Assembly: GCA_045120995.1 (NCBI GenBank)
Contig: JBGVFL010000063.1
Span: 1 to 28,401 of the forward strand
Length of the DNA: 28,401 bases
Source of the DNA: Candidatus Onthoplasma sp.
Lineage (GTDB): Bacteria; Bacillota; Clostridia; Christensenellales; UBA1242
Direction: 5' to 3'
Below, in pieces: positions 17,356-24,516 of this stretch; the first letter of the stretch is position 1; every line of letters begins with the position of its first letter. The position numbers and the translations under genes are program-made. A model generated the notes under the pieces. The model searched no databases and was not told the origin of the DNA. It worked only from the letters and a program-made list of their open reading frames with translations.

Positions 17356-17574
17356 ATGTTACCATTAACAGTTTTAAAACATAAGAGAGCAAAATATAGA
17401 GTTATGAAAACTAAAGACTTAGAAGATTTGTTAGCTCACGAAAAACGCTCGTTGAAACTTCAAAAACAAAGTGTAGGTTTAACCTCAACAGAACAAAAAA
17501 TTATAATGATTGAGGAAGAGTTGAAAAATAGGGAAATTAACAATAATTCAACACCCTTAAACATTGACTTTTAG
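17356..17574 (+). CDS. hypothetical protein, 72 aa, coiled-coil-like
   Basis: ATG 17356 after SD AGGAG; promoter TTTACA(17309)-17-TGtTATTAT(17332-17337). Confidence 0.6.
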   Translation: MLPLTVLKHKRAKYRVMKTKDLEDLLAHEKRSLKLQKQSVGLTSTEQKIIMIEEELKNREINNNSTPLNIDF

Positions 17575-17626
17575 ATTATGTTGTGATACAATTTCGACAA
17601 ATAAAACAAATTAAGGTGGTGGTTAT

Positions 17627-18151
17627 ATGTCATTGTTAGAAGAACTTGAACAAATTGAAGAATTAAAAGAAGCTGAACCTATAGCAGAATCAGAATCTAA
17701 ATGCTTTAAAGTGGGTAGAAGTGAGGGAGCTCCCTATTTATTCCACGATTTTGAGGAATATTGTGACTTGATGGGGCATGGAGTTGTTTTCTATTCCACT
17801 GGTGTTTTAATGTATATGAAAGATAAGAATAAAGACTTTGAAACTAGTCGTTCATACGTTTTCCACAATAACGAAAAAATGGAAGTTTTAAAGGCTCATA
17901 ATAGACGAAGTCAATTCAACCCTGAAACAAGAACAAGCAAATATTTGCCACCAATTAAAGATATTGAAGTAAAAGTTTTTGAAGACTATGTTTACTCAAG
18001 AGAAACAATGTTTGAAACCAACGAAATTAAAGAAACTTTGATAGAAATAGCCACTGGTAAAGAAGTTGGAATTGATGATGTTAAAGAAGCTTTGAGAAAT
18101 AAAGGATTTGAAGATTTCACAATTAAAGACCAATTGAGTTTTGATATATAA
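17627..18151 (+). CDS. hypothetical protein, 174 aa, acidic, ends in QLSFDI
   Basis: SD-like AAGGTGGTGG; promoter TTGACT(17564)-17-TGaTACAAT(17587-17592); terminator at 18151-18173. Confidence 0.8.
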   Translation: MSLLEELEQIEELKEAEPIAESESKCFKVGRSEGAPYLFHDFEEYCDLMGHGVVFYSTGVLMYMKDKNKDFETSRSYVFHNNEKMEVLKAHNRRSQFNPETRTSKYLPPIKDIEVKVFEDYVYSRETMFETNEIKETLIEIATGKEVGIDDVKEALRNKGFEDFTIKDQLSFDI

Positions 18152-18173
18152 AAGCATCTAAAGATGCTTTTTT
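18151..18173 (+). terminator. terminator after the 174-aa orphan
   Basis: AAAGCATC-taaa-GATGCTTT followed by Ts. Confidence 0.75.
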
Positions 18174-18231
18174 ATTTTTTTATTTTAAATATATCTTGCA
18201 AGTAAGTTTATGCTGTGATATAATAGAATGT

Positions 18232-19527
18232 ATGAAAACTATTGTGTCTTTAGCAACTCCACCTGGAAATAGTGGTGTTGCTGTTATTAGAATTAGTGGT
18301 GAACAATCTAAAGATATTTTGCAAAAACTAATTAAACAAGATATTGATTTTGAACCAAGAAAAATGTATTTGAAAAATGTTTATTTTGGTGAATTAGTTG
18401 ATAGATGTCTTGTTGTGTTTTTTCGCGCTCCTTTTAGTTACACAGGCGAAGATGTTGCAGAAATTCAATCACACGGAGGCTACTATTTAGCACAACAAAT
18501 CATTAATGAATGTATAAATTTAGGTTGCTCTTTAGCTGAAGCAGGTGAGTTTAGTAAACGCGCTTTTATCAACGGCAAAATGAGCATTGACCAAGCTGAA
18601 GGAATAATGGATTTAATAAACGCTGAAAGCGAAATGCAAGCCAAAGCAGGAAGCAATTTAATGCAAGGAAAATTAAAGAAAAAGATTGAAGATTATCAAA
18701 ATTCTTTAACTGAAATCCTTGCTGAAATTGAAGCCAAATTAGACTACCCAGAATATGAATATACTGATGATGAAACCTCAAATATTAAGTTGAAAATTGA
18801 AAATTTAATTAAAGAATTTTCCTCTTTGGTCAATGAAAGCAAAAGCGGACTCATGATTAAAAACGGAATAAAAGTTGCTATTGTTGGAGCTCCAAATGTT
18901 GGTAAATCAAGCCTTCTTAACGCACTCACAAAATCTGATAAAGCAATCGTTACAAACATTGCAGGAACAACTCGTGATATTGTTGAAGCAGAGTATGAAT
19001 TTAATGGAATTATTTTCCGTTTGTTTGACACTGCCGGTATCCATGAAAGCAGTGATATTGTTGAGAAAATCGGAATAGATAAAGCACTAAAAACTCTTGA
19101 TGATGCAGACCTTGTTTTGAAGGTTAGTTCGCCAGATGATATATGCCAAATCAATACCGATAAACCATATATTGATGTATTTAATAAAACTGATATTTTA
19201 AAAGAAAAACCCGATAAAAAATATTTTTATGTTAGCGCAACAACCAACGACAATATCGATAGTTTAAAACAAGAAATATTTAACAAAACTATAACCGGAA
19301 GTTTAAAATCTGATAAACTTTATTTAACAAACACTCGTCATATTGAGGCAATAAAACAAGCAAAACTTGCGCTTGAAAATGTTGTTGAAATCTTTGATTT
19401 TTCAACAATGGATATTATTTCAAGTGAAATAAAAACCGCTTGGAATTCTCTTGGAGAAGTTAGTGGGGTTACAAGCGATGAGGCTATTATAGATAAAATC
19501 TTTTCTAAGTTTTGTTTGGGGAAATAA
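18232..19527 (+). CDS. mnmE: tRNA U34 modification GTPase MnmE (TrmE)
   Basis: TIVSLATPPG, SYTGEDVAEIQSHGG, G1 GAPNVGKSS, G2 IAGTTRD, G3 DTAG, G4 NKTD, C-terminal FSKFCLGK. Start at ATG 18232, 7 nt after the -10 of TTGCAA-17-TGaTATAAT. Confidence 0.97.
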   Translation: MKTIVSLATPPGNSGVAVIRISGEQSKDILQKLIKQDIDFEPRKMYLKNVYFGELVDRCLVVFFRAPFSYTGEDVAEIQSHGGYYLAQQIINECINLGCSLAEAGEFSKRAFINGKMSIDQAEGIMDLINAESEMQAKAGSNLMQGKLKKKIEDYQNSLTEILAEIEAKLDYPEYEYTDDETSNIKLKIENLIKEFSSLVNESKSGLMIKNGIKVAIVGAPNVGKSSLLNALTKSDKAIVTNIAGTTRDIVEAEYEFNGIIFRLFDTAGIHESSDIVEKIGIDKALKTLDDADLVLKVSSPDDICQINTDKPYIDVFNKTDILKEKPDKKYFYVSATTNDNIDSLKQEIFNKTITGSLKSDKLYLTNTRHIEAIKQAKLALENVVEIFDFSTMDIISSEIKTAWNSLGEVSGVTSDEAIIDKIFSKFCLGK

Positions 19528-19560
19528 TAGAAATTTTAATTAAAATTTAGTGAGATTATT

Positions 19561-21423
19561 ATGGAAAATTTTATAGAACATTACGATGCGATAGTTATTG
19601 GAAGCGGACACGCAGGAAGTGAAGCGTGCCTTGCTCTTTCACGTCTTGGAAAGAGAACTTTGTTAACCACATTAAATTTAGATAGCATTGCATTTTTAGC
19701 GTGTAATCCATCAATTGGAGGAACTGCAAAAGGGCAACTTGCAAGTGAAATTGATGCTCTTGGTGGCGAAATGGGGGTTAATGCAGATAAGTCACTTTTA
19801 CAACTTAGAATGCTTAACTCTGGAAAGGGTCCAGCAGTTCAATCTCTTAGAGCACAAGTCGATAAAGTAACCTATCACACAGAGATGAAACACACAATTG
19901 AACGCCAAGAAAATCTTGATGTTTTACAATGTGAAGTTGCTGAAATTTTAGTTGAAAATAATAAGGTTGTTGGCATTAAAACAGGTATGGGAGAAGTGTT
20001 CTCATGTGATGCAATTGTTGTTGCAACAGGTGTCTATTTGAATGCAAAAATCATCATTGGAGATTACACAAAAAACACAGGACCAAACGGGTTTGAACCA
20101 AGTAATTTATTAACAAAATCTTTAATGGATTTAGGAATAGAAATTCGTCGTTTTAAAACAGGAACTCCTGCAAGAGTAGACGGAAAATCTATTGATTACT
20201 CTAGGTTTGAGATTCAGCCAGGAGACGATATTCAAACAAGCTTTTCATCGCTAAATAAAAAGGTGAAAAATAAACTCCCTTGCTATCTTGGTTACACCTC
20301 AACTGAAATGCACGAATGCATTAGAAACAACATTGATAAAGCGCCTTTATACTCAGGAAAAATTAACGGAATTGGTCCAAGATATTGCCCTAGTATTGAA
20401 GATAAAATTATGCGCTTCGCAGATAAGGAACGTCATCAACTTTTCTTAGAACCAGAAAGTGAAAACAGTGATGAAGTTTATGTTCAAGGAATTTCAAGCA
20501 GTATGCCAAGCGAAATTCAAAGAAAAATGTATAAGCTAATTCCTGGCTTTGAAAATATCAAAATAATGCGATTTGCTTATGCTATAGAATATGACTGTAT
20601 CAACGCAACAGAACTTAAAAACAACCTTGAAAGCAAGCATATAAACGGCCTTTTCTTTGCTGGCCAAATCAATGGAACTAGCGGTTATGAAGAAGCTGCA
20701 GCGCAAGGAATTATGGCAGGAATTAATGCTCAAAAATATATTGATAACGAGCCTGCTTTTGTGTTAGGCAGAGACCAAGCATACATTGGTGTTTTAATCG
20801 ATGATTTAACTACAAAAGACATTGTTGAACCTTATAGAATGATGACAAGTAGAGCAGAATATCGCCTTATTTTAAGACAAGATAATTGTGATTTGCGTCT
20901 TACAGAAATTGGAAGAAAAATAGGTCTTGTTGATGATAAACGTTATAAGATTTTTAATAAAAAATTAAAACAAATTGAAAGCGTTTATAATCAATTAAAC
21001 ACAATGTGTAATCCTTCAAAATTAACAACACTTTTCACTGAGAAAAACGAAAGTTTGCCTCACGGAGGATTAACCTTAAAAGATTGTATTAAACGAAATC
21101 GTATTACTATTTTCGATGTGAAATCTCACTTTAATTTATTTGATAATATTCCAAATAACATCTTGGAATACGTGAATACTGAAATTAAATATGAAGGTTA
21201 CATAAAGAAAGAACTTGAACAAATTGAAAAACAAAAAAAGACAGATAATATAGCTTTGCCAGACATTGACTATTCGGAAATTAGCGGTCTTCGCCTTGAA
21301 GCAAGGCAAAAACTTAATAAATTTAAACCCGCAACAATCGGCTCTGCAAAACGTATTGATGGAGTTAGTCCAAGCGATATTAATGTTTTGTTAGTATTCT
21401 TAAAAATGAAAGGCTTAATTTAA
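19561..21423 (+). CDS. mnmG: tRNA uridine-5-carboxymethylaminomethyl modification enzyme MnmG (GidA)
   Basis: FAD motif VIGSGHAG, CNPSIGG, NSGKGPAV, GPRYCPSIEDK, AGQINGTSGYEEAAAQG. Confidence 0.98.
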   Translation: MENFIEHYDAIVIGSGHAGSEACLALSRLGKRTLLTTLNLDSIAFLACNPSIGGTAKGQLASEIDALGGEMGVNADKSLLQLRMLNSGKGPAVQSLRAQVDKVTYHTEMKHTIERQENLDVLQCEVAEILVENNKVVGIKTGMGEVFSCDAIVVATGVYLNAKIIIGDYTKNTGPNGFEPSNLLTKSLMDLGIEIRRFKTGTPARVDGKSIDYSRFEIQPGDDIQTSFSSLNKKVKNKLPCYLGYTSTEMHECIRNNIDKAPLYSGKINGIGPRYCPSIEDKIMRFADKERHQLFLEPESENSDEVYVQGISSSMPSEIQRKMYKLIPGFENIKIMRFAYAIEYDCINATELKNNLESKHINGLFFAGQINGTSGYEEAAAQGIMAGINAQKYIDNEPAFVLGRDQAYIGVLIDDLTTKDIVEPYRMMTSRAEYRLILRQDNCDLRLTEIGRKIGLVDDKRYKIFNKKLKQIESVYNQLNTMCNPSKLTTLFTEKNESLPHGGLTLKDCIKRNRITIFDVKSHFNLFDNIPNNILEYVNTEIKYEGYIKKELEQIEKQKKTDNIALPDIDYSEISGLRLEARQKLNKFKPATIGSAKRIDGVSPSDINVLLVFLKMKGLI

Positions 21424-21492
21424 TCTCTTCCAATAAGAAAGTGCTATAAAAAATTTGACTTAAAATTTTATTTTTTTTATAATTAAAAGCGT

Positions 21493-22170
21493 ATGTTACT
21501 AACTGATTACCAAAACTTAATTAATAAACATAGAGATGAGTTTGATACTTATTATCAAGAACTTGTTTCCTATAACGATAAAGTAAATTTAACAGCTATA
21601 ACAGAGCGAAATGATGTGTTTACAAAGCATTTTTTAGATAGCATTTTATCAATTGATGCAATACCAGAAAACGCTACCGTTGTTGATGTTGGAACTGGAG
21701 CAGGATTTCCAAGTTTACCTTTAAAAATAGTGCGTCCAGACATTGATATAACAATGGTTGATAGCTTAAATAAACGTGTAGCTTTCTTAAATTTAATATG
21801 TAATAAATTAAAAATTAAATCTAATAATGTTCATGCTCGTGCTGAAGAATTTGCAAAAGAAAATCGTGAAAAATTTGATGTTGCAGTTGCTCGTGCTGTT
21901 GCCAAAATGAACACTCTTTTAGAATATCTTTTACCACTTGTTAAAGTTGGTGGAATTGTTATTGCCTATAAAGGAAGTAACCTTGCTGAAGAGTTTATGG
22001 ATGCCGAAAACGCTCTTGAAGTTTTGGGTGGAAAAGTTTTAAAATCTATTCGTTTCGATCTTCCTAATAGTTATGGTGAAAGAAATATTGTTATTATAGA
22101 AAAAGTTAAAGAAACACCTAAAAAATACCCTAGAGATAAGAATCAACCAAAAACAAATCCTATAAAATAG
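21493..22170 (+). CDS. rsmG: 16S rRNA m7G527 methyltransferase RsmG (GidB)
   Basis: NLTAITE, KHFLDS, DVGTGAGFPS, ARAEE, ARAVA motifs; follows mnmG. Confidence 0.96.
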   Translation: MLLTDYQNLINKHRDEFDTYYQELVSYNDKVNLTAITERNDVFTKHFLDSILSIDAIPENATVVDVGTGAGFPSLPLKIVRPDIDITMVDSLNKRVAFLNLICNKLKIKSNNVHARAEEFAKENREKFDVAVARAVAKMNTLLEYLLPLVKVGGIVIAYKGSNLAEEFMDAENALEVLGGKVLKSIRFDLPNSYGERNIVIIEKVKETPKKYPRDKNQPKTNPIK

Positions 22171-22175
22171 ATGAT

Positions 22176-22207
22176 AAAAAAGATGCTTAATTAGCATCTT
22201 TTTTTTA
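22176..22207. terminator. bidirectional terminator between rsmG and the 210-aa orphan
   Basis: AAAAAAGATGCT-taatt-AGCATCTTTTTT. Confidence 0.85.
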
Positions 22208-22208
22208 T

Positions 22209-22841
22209 TTAAACATTGATATCTTCATATGAGTTTTTAATTAAAGTTCTCATACCTTCAAGTTCACGTTTTTCTTTCTTAATTTCAGCAATTTTCATTT
22301 CTCTTAAATGAGGTATTTCATATATTGCTTGTTCATTATTTTTTTCTTGAATCATTCTTTCGATTAAAGAAATTTGATTCCTTTTTTCTTGTTGTTTTAG
22401 TTCTTTAAATTTATCCCAAATAAAATCTCTTAAATTTGAATAGTCTTTTAACAAGGCAGTCCAATCTCTTATTTCAAATCCACATAAACAATATAGTGTG
22501 TCATTATATTTACCTAAAGAGTAAACTTTAGTTTCTTCGCCATTTTTAACTTCAATCCAAAGTGAATTATCGTTTTTATTTAATAATACTTCCGCTTTGT
22601 TTTTAAAGTAATCTTCTAGAATAGAAACAACTATTTCTTTTCCAACTTCAAACATACGATTTAAAACACTTTTTGTACATTGAAAATAAACATCTCTACT
22701 TAAACCTTTATATGATTCAAATTGTTCAGGGATTATCTTACTATCAATTTCTTGAATTCTTAAAAATATTTTCTTTTCGTCTGCAAACTTAATAAGTTTT
22801 CTTCTCTCTTCAATTAAACTTTTAAACTCTTCGAATTTCAT
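22209..22841 (-). CDS. hypothetical protein, 210 aa, C-terminal coiled coil
   Basis: SD AAGGAG; promoter TTGACA(22895-22890)-16-TGaTATACT(22873-22868); shares the terminator with rsmG. Confidence 0.8.
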   Translation of the reverse strand: MKFEEFKSLIEERRKLIKFADEKKIFLRIQEIDSKIIPEQFESYKGLSRDVYFQCTKSVLNRMFEVGKEIVVSILEDYFKNKAEVLLNKNDNSLWIEVKNGEETKVYSLGKYNDTLYCLCGFEIRDWTALLKDYSNLRDFIWDKFKELKQQEKRNQISLIERMIQEKNNEQAIYEIPHLREMKIAEIKKEKRELEGMRTLIKNSYEDINV

Positions 22842-22914
22842 AAATTCTCCTTTAATAATCTATAAAAAGTATATCACAACATTTATTTTTGTCAATACCT
22901 CTTTCCTTATATAA

Positions 22915-22971
22915 ATGCGCGCACGTACGCATACGTACATACGCGTGTATATACGCGCGCGTGCGCGCGTA
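22915..22971. repeat. 57-bp perfect alternating purine-pyrimidine tract (Z-DNA-forming candidate)
   Basis: ATGCGCGCACGTACGCATACGTACATACGCGTGTATATACGCGCGCGTGCGCGCGTA; every step alternates; 34/57 G+C and 14 CpG steps by hand count. Confidence 0.9.
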
Positions 22972-23131
22972 AGAGAATTTTTTAAATAAAAAATATTCCT
23001 AAAATCAATAAACACTATTAAATTGCTGTAAATTTGTGTTTTTTAGGTTAAAACAATTAATTTTTTTAAGTTTTTTTATAATATTAAATAAAATTGACAA
23101 CTTGTTTTTATTTTTATATAATGACAACATA

Positions 23132-24208
23132 ATGAAAATAAATAACTTAGAACTTAATAACTTTAGAAACTACACTTACTCAAAAACAACTTTTAACGAT
23201 GGCTTAAATTTTATTGTTGGCTCTAATGCTCAAGGTAAAACAAATATGCTTGAAAGTATTTATCTTCTTAGCGTTGGTAAAAGTCCAAAGAATAGTAAAG
23301 ATAAACAGATTATTCGTTTTAATCAAAATAAAGCAAAAGTAGGTGTTAATTTTTCAACAGTTGCTGGAAATAAAACAATAGAAATGTATTTAGATAAATC
23401 AGATAAGAAATCTATAAAAATAAATAATTTAAATATATTAAAACTAACTGAACTTGTAGGAACTTTATCTGTTGTTTATTTCAGCCCAGACGAACTTAAA
23501 CTTATTAAAGAAGTTCCAGAAGATAGAAGAAACTTTTTAGATGTTTCAATAAGCCAATTTGATAAAACTTATTTATATGATTTAATGAAGTATAATCGCA
23601 TTCTAAAAATGAGAAATCAAATATTAAAAAGTTTAGATTCGGTTGAAACAAAACTTGAGCAATTAAAACTTTTTACTCCTCAACTAATTGATACGGCTGA
23701 AAGAATTATTAAAAAAAGATTGAATTTTATTGAAAATCTTAATAAAATCGCAAAAAACATTCATAAAACAATAACAATTGAAGAAAATTTAAATATTTCA
23801 TATTCATATTATTTAAAAGAAAATTTATCTATTAAGGAAGACTTGGAAAAACAATTTAAAGAATCAATTCAAAAAGAGATTGATTTGGGTTACACTTCTA
23901 TTGGTCCCCATAGAGATGATATTATTTTTAAAATTAATGATTTGGATTGTAAGAGCTATGCAAGTCAAGGTCAACAAAGAACTGTTGCTCTTGTTGTGAA
24001 ATTATCTTTAATGGAAGTTATAAAAGAAGAAATTGGTGAATATCCAATTCTACTTCTTGATGATGTATTAAGTGAACTAGACGCTGGAAGGCAGGAACGT
24101 CTTTTAAATATGACAACGAAATACCAAACGTTTATTTCTTGCACTTCTATACCAAAAACTAATTTACCTTATAATAAAAAGGAAATTCAAAACGGAAAAG
24201 TTTTATAA
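23132..24208 (+). CDS. recF: DNA replication/repair protein RecF
   Basis: LNNFRNY, Walker A GSNAQGKTN, GPHRDD, SQGQQR, LLLDDVLSELD. Start at ATG 23132 after TTGACA(23094)-17-TATAAT(23117-23122). Confidence 0.95.
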   Translation: MKINNLELNNFRNYTYSKTTFNDGLNFIVGSNAQGKTNMLESIYLLSVGKSPKNSKDKQIIRFNQNKAKVGVNFSTVAGNKTIEMYLDKSDKKSIKINNLNILKLTELVGTLSVVYFSPDELKLIKEVPEDRRNFLDVSISQFDKTYLYDLMKYNRILKMRNQILKSLDSVETKLEQLKLFTPQLIDTAERIIKKRLNFIENLNKIAKNIHKTITIEENLNISYSYYLKENLSIKEDLEKQFKESIQKEIDLGYTSIGPHRDDIIFKINDLDCKSYASQGQQRTVALVVKLSLMEVIKEEIGEYPILLLDDVLSELDAGRQERLLNMTTKYQTFISCTSIPKTNLPYNKKEIQNGKVL

Positions 24209-24229
24209 GTGCCAGCAGGCACTTTTTTT
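24207..24229 (+). terminator. recF terminator
   Basis: AAGTGCC-agca-GGCACTT-TTTTT. Confidence 0.8.
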
Positions 24230-24238
24230 ATTTTTTGT

Positions 24239-24494
24239 TGTGGATAAACCCTTATGTGTAAAAGTGGATAACTTTAAATTTGTTTTTTTAATTAAAAAAT
24301 TTCTCAACTTAATATTAAAACTTTTTTATTGTTTTTACTATTTTTTCTAAAATAAACCTGCAAAATCACTGCTTTTTAACCAAATTGGTTGAATTTTATT
24401 AAATTTTTAATATTGAAATTTAACTCTAAATAAAATTGTCGATTGAAAAGTTATCCACAATGCTATTGACTTATTCATCAAATTAATGTATAAT
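24239..24494 (+). promoter_or_regulatory. dnaA promoter region with DnaA boxes
   Basis: Boxes TGTGGATAA 24239, TGTGTAAAA 24255, AGTGGATAA 24263 (1 mismatch), TTATCCACA 24451; promoter TTGACT(24466)-17-TATAAT(24489-24494). The box 6 bp upstream of the -35 fits known dnaA autoregulation. Confidence 0.85.
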
Positions 24495-24516
24495 AAAAAT
24501 ATTAAGAGGTGGGATT

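Noticed and set aside
17185-18231. Integrative element at tRNA-Arg
   Set aside because: No integrase and no repeat of the tRNA 3' end were seen downstream, and the tRNA has its own terminator.
16311-21465. AAAGTGCTAT at 16311 and 21438 as CIRCE (HrcA) sites
   Set aside because: It only resembles one half-site; no TTAGCACTC partner at 9-bp spacing, and the genes are not chaperones.
6678-23131. Long N-terminal extensions in track ORFs for dacF, nrnA, parB, parA, COG2426, the 72-aa orphan, mnmE and recF
   Set aside because: The extensions cross promoter elements, SDs or parS sites; downstream starts fit family N-termini and the expression signals better.
24437-24443. TGTCGAT near the dnaA promoter as a Spo0A box (similar one-mismatch hits near 322 and 15168)
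   Set aside because: One-mismatch 7-mers are too frequent to support without binding data.
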